From Dehalococcoidia bacterium (lineage in GTDB: Bacteria > Chloroflexota > Dehalococcoidia > Bin125): a stretch of DNA of 64,000 nucleotides. The notes below the pieces were generated by a model that saw only the letters and a program-made list of their open reading frames with translations, was not told the DNA's origin and made no database searches. The stretch lies in the NCBI GenBank assembly GCA_963663235.2, contig CAXXNO010000006.1:256001-320000 (forward strand), given 5' to 3'. Of this stretch, positions 1-8,788 are shown piece by piece. Position 1 is the first letter of the stretch; every line of letters starts with the position of its first letter. Made by a program: the position numbers and the translations under genes.

Positions 1-1
1 C

Positions 2-1837
2 CGCGCCGCCGAAGCCAACCCCGAGTTCGCGATCGTCGTGGGCGGATTCGTGACCGCGGAGGAGCAGCTCAGCACGATCCTCGAAGACGATTTCGCCAAA
101 GCCTCCCTGATCAGCTTGCCGATCACCGCCATCATCCTGATTCTCGCCTTCGGCACCCTGGCCGCCGCGGTCTTCCCGCTAGCCATCGGTTTCGCCGTCG
201 TCGGCATCTCCGTCGGTGTGATGAATCTGATCAGCCAGACGGTGATCCCGCTCAACGACTCCTTCGCGCAAGTCATCCTCCTGGTTGGGCTGGCCGCCGC
301 GATCGACTACGGCGTCTACCTCGTCAGCCGCTACCGCCGTGACCGCCGGGCGGGATACCCGGAACTTGCGGCCGTGCTCTCTTCCATGGGCACGACCGGC
401 AAAGCGATCCTGATCTCCGCCATGACGACGGTCTTGGCGCTCAGCGGCCTCTTCTTCCTCTCATCGGCGACCTTCACCAGCCTTGGGCTCGGCGCCATCG
501 TCGCGATCATCGTCGCCGTGTCGATGGCGATGACGCTGATGCCCGCTTGGATGGCGATCGTCGGCGACGGCCTCAACCGCTGGGGCGAGCCCTTCATCGG
601 CCGTGGCTTCGATGCCGCCGAAGGCGGCGGCATCGTGGCCGGCGGCATCGACCGCATGCTGAAGCGCCCGGCGATCTACGCGCCGCTCGCCGTGGGGGCG
701 CTGATCGTCGTGGCCCTGCCGTTGTTCGCGATCAACCTAGGCCTCGACGGGATCCGATCGTTCTCCGACGACGTGGACGCCAAAGCGCCGCTGCTGGAGC
801 TGGAGGAGAATTTCTCCCTCGGCCTGGTACAGCCCGCCTCGCTCGTCGTCGACGCCGGCGAGGAGGGCAGCGTCTTCAGCCCCGACGTGCAAGCGGCCAT
901 CGCCCGCCTCAAAGCCAGCGTCGAGGCGGAAACGGCGTCGCCGGACAATCCGGACGGGATCTTCGGCGTTCCCATCCGCACGCGCACCAACGACGCGGCG
1001 AATACGCAACTGATCGACATTCCGATCAATGCCGACAGCAGCGACCCGGACTCCATCGCCACGGTGAAGCGGCTTCGCTCCGAGCTCATCCCTGCCGCGT
1101 TCGCAGACACCAGCGCCGAGGTGAAGGTCACGGGCGCCACGGCCGGCACCATCGATTTCGTCGACAAGGTGAACGCGCGGCTCCCCATCACCCTCGCCTT
1201 CGTCATCGGCGCGTCATTCCTGGTGCTGGTCGTGATGTTCCGCTCCATTCTGTTGCCCCTCGTCGCGATCCTGCTCAATCTGCTGGCGGTTGGTGCGGCC
1301 TTCGGCATCATGAAGTTGACCTTCCAGGACGGGTACCTCCTGGAAGGTCTGCTCAACTACGAAGCGACGGGCATCATCAACGCCTGGGTGCCGCTGTTTG
1401 TCTTCGCGATCATGTTCGGCATCTCCTTCGACGACCTCACCTTCGCGCTCGGCCGCGTCCGCGAGGGCCACGAACGCGGCGAAGACATCGACACGGCGGT
1501 GCGCGGCGGCCTCAAGTCCGTCGCCATGACGATCCTCGCCGCCGACTTGATCCTGGCGAGTGTCGTCGGCATCTTCGCGTTTATGCGCCTCATTGCGATG
1601 CAGCAGTTGGGGATAGCGATGGTCGCGGCGGTCGTGCTCGGCGCCCTGCTGGTCATCGTCATCGTCATGCCCGCGTTGCTGCGCGCCCTCGGCGATCGCA
1701 TCTGGTACTTCCCCTCCTGGCTCAACTGGATCCCCGTCGTCGCCAGCGACGACGCGGCGCTGCGCGCCATCTATGAGGGAGACGGACCCGGCGCGGAGCT
1801 CATCGAAGCGGAGCGCGCCCGAAACGCGGCCACCTAG
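2..1837 (+). CDS. MMPL/RND family transporter, 5' truncated by the window edge
   Basis: Frame open from base 2; two blocks of TM helices around an extracytoplasmic domain; MMPL-type motifs IDYGVYLVSRYR, VTGATAGTIDF, FAIMFGISFD. Confidence 0.9.
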   Translation, partial: RAAEANPEFAIVVGGFVTAEEQLSTILEDDFAKASLISLPITAIILILAFGTLAAAVFPLAIGFAVVGISVGVMNLISQTVIPLNDSFAQVILLVGLAAAIDYGVYLVSRYRRDRRAGYPELAAVLSSMGTTGKAILISAMTTVLALSGLFFLSSATFTSLGLGAIVAIIVAVSMAMTLMPAWMAIVGDGLNRWGEPFIGRGFDAAEGGGIVAGGIDRMLKRPAIYAPLAVGALIVVALPLFAINLGLDGIRSFSDDVDAKAPLLELEENFSLGLVQPASLVVDAGEEGSVFSPDVQAAIARLKASVEAETASPDNPDGIFGVPIRTRTNDAANTQLIDIPINADSSDPDSIATVKRLRSELIPAAFADTSAEVKVTGATAGTIDFVDKVNARLPITLAFVIGASFLVLVVMFRSILLPLVAILLNLLAVGAAFGIMKLTFQDGYLLEGLLNYEATGIINAWVPLFVFAIMFGISFDDLTFALGRVREGHERGEDIDTAVRGGLKSVAMTILAADLILASVVGIFAFMRLIAMQQLGIAMVAAVVLGALLVIVIVMPALLRALGDRIWYFPSWLNWIPVVASDDAALRAIYEGDGPGAELIEAERARNAAT

Positions 1838-1932
1838 TCCCCGCGGCGCCACTGGAATTGACGATCCCGGCGCGGCTTCCCAGACTGGTGGAGCCGGAGC
1901 GCCAGGGGGCGCGCGAGCAGAGGGGGAGCGCC

Positions 1933-3717
1933 ATGCACGACCTCATCATCCGGGGCGGGACGGTAGTCGACGGGACGGGGGGCGCGCCGTTCGAAGCGGA
2001 CGTCGCCGTCGACGGGGGCGCGATCGCCAAGGTGGGGAAGGTGACGGGCAAGGCGCGGGAGGAGATCGACGCGCGCGGCCTGCTGGTGACGCCCGGGATC
2101 GTGGACATCCACACGCACTTCGACGCGCAGGTGACGTGGGACCCGATGTGCACGCCGTCCTGCTACCACGGCGTGACCACCGTCGTGTTCGGCAACTGCG
2201 GCGTGGGCTTCGCGCCCGCGGCGCCCGACGGGCACGCGTGGCTGATCGATTTGATGGAGGGGGTGGAGGACATCCCCAACGACACGATGGCCGAGGGGAT
2301 CCGCTGGAACTGGGAGAGCTACCCCGAGTACCTCGACTACGTGGAGGGGCTGCCGCTGATGCTGGACGTGGGCACGCAGATCCCGCACGCGGTCGTGCGG
2401 GCCTACGTGATGGGCGAGCGCGGGGCCAAGAACGAGCCGGCGACCGGGGAGGACATCGAGAAGATGGCGGCGATCGTGCGGGAAGCGATGCAGGTGGGGG
2501 CGCTGGGGCTCTCGATGTCGCGCACGATCAACCACCGCGCGGTGGACGGGGCGCGCTCCACAAAGACGAACCGCGTCCTGGGCGAGAACATGCCCGGCAC
2601 TTTCGCCGCCGAAGACGAGCTGCTGGGTCTGGGGCGGGTCCTGGGGGAGCTGGGCCGGGGGTTGTTGGAGATCGCGCCGGGAGGCATGACGGGGGACGAT
2701 CTCTCGCTGCCGTTCAAAGAGATCGCCTGGATGCGGCGGCTGGCCGGCGAGAGCGGACGGCCGGTGTTCCACGCGGTCACGCAGCACGACGTGGAACCGA
2801 ACCAGTGGAAGGAGTTGCTGGAGCTTTCCGCTGAGGCATCGGCGGAGGGGGCGCCGCTGGTGGCGCAAGTGGCGGCCCGGCCGATCGGGATCCTGCTGGG
2901 GCTGGATTCACGGCACCCGTTCGTGAAGGCGCCGTCGTTCGAGGACCTGAGGCCGCTGCCGCGGGCGGAGAAGGTCGCGCGGCTGCGCGATCCCGAGTTG
3001 CGGCGGCGACTGATCGACGAGGCGGAGCACCCCGACACGCCGGCGCTGGGGTTCATCGACCCGATGTGGCGGTTCACCGTGTTCGAGAAGATGTTTCCCC
3101 TGGACGATCCGCCGGACTACGAGCCGCCCCCCGAGCAAAGCCTGGCGACGGTGGCGGCGCGCGAAGGGCGCTCCGGCTTTGAGGTGTTCTACGACCGCAT
3201 GCTGGAGCAGGAAGGCCGCCAGATCTTCCTGGCGCCGTTGCTCAACTACAGCGATTACTCGCTGGACCCGACCTACGAGATGCTCACCCACCCGCACACC
3301 GTGGTCTCGCTGGGGGACGCGGGGGCGCACTGCGGCGTGATCTGCGACGCCAGCGGACCCACGACCCTGCTCTCGTTCTGGACGCGCGACCGCACGCGGG
3401 GCGCCACGATCCCGTTGGAGCGGGCGGTGAAGATGTGCACGCAGGACACGGCATCGCTGTACGGGCTGCACGATCGCGGGGTGATCCGGCCGGGGATGCT
3501 GGCGGACCTCAACGTGATCGACTACGACGCGCTGCGGTTGCGGTTGCCGGAGTTCCATCACGACCTGCCCGCGGGCGGGGGGCGCTGGGTGCAGAAAGCG
3601 GACGGCTATCGCTACACGATCAAGCGGGGCGTCGTGATCATGCGCGACGGCGCGCCCAGCGGGCTCTTGCCGGGGCGGCTGATCCGGGGAGAGCAGGCGG
3701 CTCCCGCGGGGGCGTAG
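1933..3717 (+). CDS. N-acyl-D-amino-acid deacylase family amidohydrolase
   Basis: [16 protein letters not shown] start, DIHTHFD metal motif, [19 protein letters not shown]-terminal ADLNVID; GGGGAG SD before ATG 1933. Confidence 0.9.
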   Translation: MHDLIIRGGTVVDGTGGAPFEADVAVDGGAIAKVGKVTGKAREEIDARGLLVTPGIVDIHTHFDAQVTWDPMCTPSCYHGVTTVVFGNCGVGFAPAAPDGHAWLIDLMEGVEDIPNDTMAEGIRWNWESYPEYLDYVEGLPLMLDVGTQIPHAVVRAYVMGERGAKNEPATGEDIEKMAAIVREAMQVGALGLSMSRTINHRAVDGARSTKTNRVLGENMPGTFAAEDELLGLGRVLGELGRGLLEIAPGGMTGDDLSLPFKEIAWMRRLAGESGRPVFHAVTQHDVEPNQWKELLELSAEASAEGAPLVAQVAARPIGILLGLDSRHPFVKAPSFEDLRPLPRAEKVARLRDPELRRRLIDEAEHPDTPALGFIDPMWRFTVFEKMFPLDDPPDYEPPPEQSLATVAAREGRSGFEVFYDRMLEQEGRQIFLAPLLNYSDYSLDPTYEMLTHPHTVVSLGDAGAHCGVICDASGPTTLLSFWTRDRTRGATIPLERAVKMCTQDTASLYGLHDRGVIRPGMLADLNVIDYDALRLRLPEFHHDLPAGGGRWVQKADGYRYTIKRGVVIMRDGAPSGLLPGRLIRGEQAAPAGA

Positions 3718-3791
3718 GCCGGCGGGGCCGGAGGCCAGCTTCTCCAGATCCTCGTCGCGGAGGCGGTCGTAGAGCGCGACATCGACGGCGC

Positions 3792-5582
3792 TCAGCGGCG
3801 CAGGAAACGGCGGGCCAGGTCCTGGTTGGAGAGGCGCAAGAGGGTGGGGCGGCCGTGGGGGCAGGTGTGGGGGTTGAGGCAGCGTTCGAGGTCGCGCAGC
3901 AGGGCGCGCAGCTCCAGGGGCTCCAGGCGCTGGCCGGCGCGCACGGCGGCGTGGCAGGCGGCGGAGGCGGCCACGGGGTCGTGCCGCTCGGGGACGCGGT
4001 CGGGTCCGGCGAGGTCATCGAGGAGGGCCAGCAGCGCCGACCGGGCGTCGCCCGGAGCCCAGCAGGCGGGCAGGGCGCGCAGCCGCAGGGTGCGCTCGCC
4101 GAACGGCTCCAGCTCGAAGCCCAGGGCCGTCAGCGCCGCTTCGTGCCCGGCCAAGGCGGCGGCCTGCTCGGCCGAGAGCTCCAGCAAGGGCGGGTCGAGC
4201 AGCGGCTGGCGCGCCTCCGGGCCCGCCGGCGCGGCGAGCAGCCGCTCGTAGAGCACGCGCTCGTGCGCGCCGTGCTGGTCGATCAGGTAGAGCGCGTCGG
4301 GCCCCTCGGCCACCAAGAAAGTCGCGCCCACCTGGCCCAGCGCCCTCAGCGGGGGGATCGCAGGAGGCGCGGGCGTCGGGGGCGGGGAGGGGCTCGGGGC
4401 GAGGGCCGTCGCGGCGCCGGCGCCGGCGCCGGCGACGGGGGTGGCGGCGGTGGTGGCACGGCGCAGCGCCGCGGCCTCCGGTCCGGGGGGATCGGAAGGC
4501 GCGGGGAGGGGGAAGGCCGCCGCCGCGGGCGCGGCGGCGGCAGTGAACGGGGACGGATCCAGGGGGCGGGGACCGGCGGCTTGCAGCAGCGCCGCCCGCA
4601 GGGTGCGCTGGATGAGCGAGAAGGCCGCATCCTCATCGGCCAGCTTCACCTGGGCCTTGGTGGGGTGCACGTTGACGTCGACCCGGCCCGGCTCGGCCTC
4701 CAGGAAGCAGACGGCCAGCGGGTGGCGGCCGGCGGGGAGCAGCTCGCGGTAGGCCTCCTCCACGGCGTAGTTGAGCCGTCGCGAGGTCACGGGGCGCGCG
4801 TTGACGAAGAGGCGCAGCGCGTCGCGGCGGCCGCGGTGATGCTGGGGCGGGGCCGCCAGTCCCGTGAGGCGCAGGCCGGCCTCGGGCCGGGCGCCGCTGA
4901 AAGACAGCGCCGTCTCGGCCGGCTCGAGCCCCCAGAGAGCGCGCAGCACCGCGCGGCGCTCCCCTTCGCCGCCCGTGCTGAGGACCGCGCGTCCCTCGGC
5001 GCGCAGGTGAAGGGCCACGTCCGGCCGGGCCAGCGCCGCCTCGGCGCAGACCCGCGCGATGGCCGCCCGCTCGCCACGGGCCCCGGCCAGGAACTTGCGT
5101 CGCGCCGGCTGGCGGGCGAAGAGGTCGCGCGCCTCGACGGTGGTGCCCAGCGGCGCCCCCGCCGGCTCCAGCGGCGCGGGGCGGCCGTGCTGGATGCGCA
5201 GCCGCGCGCCCAGCGCTCGCTCAGGTGTGCGGCTGAGGCAGTCGATCTCGGCTACGGCGGCCACGCTGGGCAGCGCCTCGCCGCGGAAGCCGTAGCTACG
5301 GACGCCCGGCAGCTCCCGGGCCGCGCGCAGCTTGGAGGTGGCGTGGCGCTCGAAGGCGAGGGGCAGTTGCTGGGGCGGGATGCCGTGGCCGTCGTCGACC
5401 ACGCGGATCAGGTCGATGCCGGCGCCGGCCACGGTCACCTCGATCCGGGTCGCGCCGGCGTCGAGGGCGTTCTCCAGCAGCTCCTTGACCACGGAGGCTG
5501 GGCGCTCGATCACCTCGCCGGCGGCGATCTGGGCGGCGGCCTCGGGGGGCAGGCGGAGGATGGCGGGGCGGTCGTCGCTCAG
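3792..5582 (-). CDS. mutL: DNA mismatch repair endonuclease MutL
   Basis: IAAGEVIERPASVVKELLENALDAGA, GFRGEAL, DVNVHPTK, DQHGAHER, CPHGRP. Start placed at CTG 5582 overlapping the mutS stop; alternative GTG 5648. Confidence 0.95.
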   Translation of the reverse strand: MSDDRPAILRLPPEAAAQIAAGEVIERPASVVKELLENALDAGATRIEVTVAGAGIDLIRVVDDGHGIPPQQLPLAFERHATSKLRAARELPGVRSYGFRGEALPSVAAVAEIDCLSRTPERALGARLRIQHGRPAPLEPAGAPLGTTVEARDLFARQPARRKFLAGARGERAAIARVCAEAALARPDVALHLRAEGRAVLSTGGEGERRAVLRALWGLEPAETALSFSGARPEAGLRLTGLAAPPQHHRGRRDALRLFVNARPVTSRRLNYAVEEAYRELLPAGRHPLAVCFLEAEPGRVDVNVHPTKAQVKLADEDAAFSLIQRTLRAALLQAAGPRPLDPSPFTAAAAPAAAAFPLPAPSDPPGPEAAALRRATTAATPVAGAGAGAATALAPSPSPPPTPAPPAIPPLRALGQVGATFLVAEGPDALYLIDQHGAHERVLYERLLAAPAGPEARQPLLDPPLLELSAEQAAALAGHEAALTALGFELEPFGERTLRLRALPACWAPGDARSALLALLDDLAGPDRVPERHDPVAASAACHAAVRAGQRLEPLELRALLRDLERCLNPHTCPHGRPTLLRLSNQDLARRFLRR

Positions 5583-8494
5583 GAGGGCACCGCCCTCTCC
5601 GCGGGCCTCTCCAGCGCCAGGTCCGCGGGGCCGTCCCAGCCCTGGCACTCCTCTTGGGCGCGCCGGCGCAGGGCGTAGAGCGCGCTGATCGCCTCCAAGG
5701 GCGTGAGCGCGTCCACATCCAGGGCGGCCAGCTCAAGGGCCAGGGCGGACGGGTCCGGGGGAACGGCGGGCGCGTCCACAGCGTCCGGGTTTGACCCATC
5801 GGGGCGTGCAGCGTCAGGACGTCCTGCGTCGGGGCGCCCCTCCAAGCGCTCCAGGATGCGCGCCGCGCGGGCCAGGAGCGGGGCAGGGAGGCCGGCCATC
5901 CGCGCCACCTCCAGCCCGTAGGAGCGGTCGGCGCCGCCGGGCACGATGCGGTAAAGGAAGCGCAGCGCCGCCTTGCCGCCTCCGGGGCCTTCGAGGCTTT
6001 GGGGGGCCGCGCGCACCGCCACGCTGGCGTTGTGGACCCGGCCGTGCTCTTCGGCCAAGGCCGTGAGCTCGTGGAAGTGGGTGGCGAAGAGCGTACGCGG
6101 CCCGCGCTCGGGCGCCGCCGCCAGGTGCTCGAGCAGGGCGCGGGCGATGGCGAGGCCGTCGTAGGTGCTGGTGCCACGCCCGATCTCGTCCAGCACCAGC
6201 AGCGAGCGCTCCGTGGCCGTGGCCAGGATGGCGCTGGTCTCCAGCATCTCCACCAAGAACGTGCTGCGTCCCGCGGCCAGGTGGTCCTGGGCGCCCACGC
6301 GGGCGAAGATGCGGTCCACCAGCCCGATGCGCGCCTCCGCCGCGGGCACGAAGCCGCCGCACTGGGCCATGAGCACGATCAGCGCCGCCTGGCGCAGGTA
6401 GGTGCTCTTGCCCGCCATGTTGGGCCCGGTCAACACCAGCACCTGGGCGCCGTCCGCGCTCAGGTCCAAGTCGTTGGGCACGAAGCGGCCGGCCCCGCCC
6501 CCCGCAGCGCCCTCCGCGCCGGCCGCCTCCAGCGCCGCCTCCACCAAGGGGTGACGGCCCTCGCGGATCAGCAGCCGCGGCGAGCGGTCCAAGCGGGGGC
6601 GGACGTAGCCGCGCGCCAGCGCCACCTCGGCCAGGGCGCAGGCCACGTCCAGGCGGGCCACGCCCCGGGCCAGGGCGCGCACCGCGGCGGCCTCCCGCCC
6701 CAGCCCGCGGCAGAGATCCTGGAACAGCGCGCGCTCGCGCAGGGTCAAGGCCTCGCGGGCCTGGAGCACCTGCGCCTCCAGCGTCCGCAGCTCCGGCGTG
6801 ACGAAGCGCTCGCCGCCGGCCAGCGTCTGGCGGCGCTCGTAGTTTGGGGGCACCCGGCCCAGGCCGCTCTTGCTGACCTCCAGGTAGTAGCCGAACGTGC
6901 GGTGATAGCCCACCCGCAGGTTGGCGATGCCGCTGCGCCCGCGCTCGCGCGTCTCCAGCGCCGCGATGGCCGCGCGTCCGCGGTGCAGGCAGGCGCGCTG
7001 ACGGTCGGCCTCGGCGTCGGCGCCGGCGCGGACGACGCCGCCGTCCTCGAAGGCGGCGGCGGGCTCGGGCTCCAGGAGCGCCGCGATCGCCTCTTGGGCG
7101 GCGGCGCAGGGGCGCAGCTCCGCCGCCACGCGGGCCAGCAAGAGGGGGCGCTCTTGGGCCGCGGCCTCCCCGTCCCCGGAAGCGGCCTCTGCGCCGGTGG
7201 GGGGATCTCGCTCCGCGCCGGCCCGCTCTAGGATCGGGACCAGCGCCGCCGCCGCCGCCAGCCCCCGGCCCAGCGCCGCCACCTCGGGCGGGGCGGCGAG
7301 GCCCGCGACGGCCCGGCTCAGGAGCCGCTCCAGGTCCGGCAGCGGGGCCAGGGCCCGGCCCAAGCCCTCACGCAGCAGCGGCACCTCCACCAGCAGGGCC
7401 ACCCGCGCCAGCCGCTCCTCGATCCGTTCCAGATCCAGTAAGGGTCGCGTCAGCCGGCGCCGCAGCAGCCGCCGCCCCGGGGCCGTGCGCGTGCGGTCCA
7501 GGAGCTCCAGCAGCGAGGGCCGCGCGCCCGCGTCCTCTTCCGCGCGGCCGCGGGGGAAGAGGTCCAGGGCACGCACGGTGGCCGGGTCCAGGCGCATGGT
7601 TGCGCCGGGCTCGTAGAGCCGCGGCCGCTCCAGGTGCGCCAGGGGTCCGGCGCCGCCGGAGCCGTCGGGGCCGTCGGGGCCGGACTGGGTCTCGCGCAGG
7701 TAGCGCAGCAGCGCCCCGGCGGCGGCGACCGCCGCCGCTCTGCCGGCCAATCCCAGCCCCTCCACGTCCGCCACGGCGTAGTGACGGCAGAGCTCCTCCG
7801 CCCCGGCCCGGGGCCGGAACTGCTCCGCGGGCCGCAGAGCGCGAGCGCAGCGCTCGCCCGGCAGCGCCTCCGCCAGCGCGGCCTCGAGGGGATCGGGGTC
7901 CGGGGAGGCCGGCGCCGGAGGCGCCGCCAGCAGCAGCTCGGCGGGGCCCAGGCGGGCCAGTTCAGCCGCCGCCTCGCGGGCGGGCTCCGGCCCGGCCAGC
8001 TCGCAGACGCGGAACTCGCCCGTGCTGAGATCGATGGCGGCCAGGCCGACCACCCCTCCCTCCGCCGACGGGGCGTCGCCGCCCCACTCCGCCCCTGGGA
8101 GGAGCGGGGAGAGGGCCGCGCAATAGTTGTTGAGCCCGCCCTCGAGCAGGGCGGGCTCCAGCGCCGTGCCCGGCGACATCACCCGCACCACCCCCCGGGC
8201 GACCAGCCCCTTGGTCGCGCGGGGGTCCTCCAGCTGCTCGCAGATGGCCACGCGATGGCCGGCGCGGATCAGCCGCGCCAGGTGGCCCTCGGCCGCCGCC
8301 ACGGGCACGCCGGCCAAAGGCACGCGCAGGCCCGGGCCCAGCGGCTTGCTGGTGAGGACGATGCCGAGAACGCGGCTCACCAACTCCGCGTCGGCGTCGA
8401 AGGTTTCGTAGAAATCACCCAAGCGGAAGAAAAGGATCGCGTCCGGATGGCGCGCCTTGATCTCCAGGTACTGCCGGCGGACGGGCGTGGACAG
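5579..8494 (-). CDS. mutS: DNA mismatch repair protein MutS (MutS1)
   Basis: STPVRRQY..FFRLGDFYETF, Walker A GPNMAGKSTY, DEIGRGT, FATHFHEL, ADRSYG. Start CTG 8494 after GGAGG; alternative ATG 8521. Forms the C-terminal part of the 1710-aa called ORF. Confidence 0.95.
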   Translation of the reverse strand: MSTPVRRQYLEIKARHPDAILFFRLGDFYETFDADAELVSRVLGIVLTSKPLGPGLRVPLAGVPVAAAEGHLARLIRAGHRVAICEQLEDPRATKGLVARGVVRVMSPGTALEPALLEGGLNNYCAALSPLLPGAEWGGDAPSAEGGVVGLAAIDLSTGEFRVCELAGPEPAREAAAELARLGPAELLLAAPPAPASPDPDPLEAALAEALPGERCARALRPAEQFRPRAGAEELCRHYAVADVEGLGLAGRAAAVAAAGALLRYLRETQSGPDGPDGSGGAGPLAHLERPRLYEPGATMRLDPATVRALDLFPRGRAEEDAGARPSLLELLDRTRTAPGRRLLRRRLTRPLLDLERIEERLARVALLVEVPLLREGLGRALAPLPDLERLLSRAVAGLAAPPEVAALGRGLAAAAALVPILERAGAERDPPTGAEAASGDGEAAAQERPLLLARVAAELRPCAAAQEAIAALLEPEPAAAFEDGGVVRAGADAEADRQRACLHRGRAAIAALETRERGRSGIANLRVGYHRTFGYYLEVSKSGLGRVPPNYERRQTLAGGERFVTPELRTLEAQVLQAREALTLRERALFQDLCRGLGREAAAVRALARGVARLDVACALAEVALARGYVRPRLDRSPRLLIREGRHPLVEAALEAAGAEGAAGGGAGRFVPNDLDLSADGAQVLVLTGPNMAGKSTYLRQAALIVLMAQCGGFVPAAEARIGLVDRIFARVGAQDHLAAGRSTFLVEMLETSAILATATERSLLVLDEIGRGTSTYDGLAIARALLEHLAAAPERGPRTLFATHFHELTALAEEHGRVHNASVAVRAAPQSLEGPGGGKAALRFLYRIVPGGADRSYGLEVARMAGLPAPLLARAARILERLEGRPDAGRPDAARPDGSNPDAVDAPAVPPDPSALALELAALDVDALTPLEAISALYALRRRAQEECQGWDGPADLALERPAERAVPS

Positions 8495-8519
8495 AACGGC
8501 CCCCTCCCCGGAGCACAGC

Positions 8520-8537
8520 ATACACGGAACCGTGTAT
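8520..8537. promoter_or_regulatory. Perfect inverted repeat ATACACGG-AA-CCGTGTAT, operator-like, overlapping a -10-like TATGCT upstream of mutS
   Basis: 8-bp arms read directly; AT-richer patch in very GC-rich surroundings. Confidence 0.5.
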
Positions 8538-8606
8538 ACAGCACGCCGGGACGCCGACCGACAGGCTGACTCCAGAGCGCAGCCTAGCAGTTTGGCGGCG
8601 CATGTA

Positions 8607-8618
8607 GAACATCCGTGC
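8607..8618. promoter_or_regulatory. Putative LexA (Gram-positive/Chloroflexi type) SOS box GAAC-ATCC-GTGC
   Basis: One mismatch to GAAC-N4-GTTC; lies over the -35 region of a minus-strand extended -10 TGcTAGGCT (8581-8589) upstream of mutSL. Confidence 0.45.
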
Positions 8619-8657
8619 ACATAAGGGCCGGAGGGCGAGAACTGGGGCTCGCCGGCC

Positions 8658-8788
8658 GGGGCTAGCCGGAGGCGGCGACGGGCTGGGGCGAGGCGGGGTG
8701 GGGCTAGCCGGAGGCGGCGACGGGCTGGGGCGAGGCGGGGTGGGGCGGGGCGGCGACGGGCTGGGGCAGGCGGGGTGGGGCGGGGGGG
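8658..8788. repeat. Two exact 42-bp tandem copies plus a degenerate 35-bp third copy, followed by a G7 tract
   Basis: GGGGCTAGCCGGAGGCGGCGACGGGCTGGGGCGAGGCGGGGT at 8658-8699 and 8700-8741; partial copy 8742-8776; G7 at 8782-8788. Confidence 0.95.

Noticed and set aside
8658-8776. 42-bp repeats as a CRISPR array
   Set aside because: The copies are directly adjacent with no spacers, and no cas genes are present.
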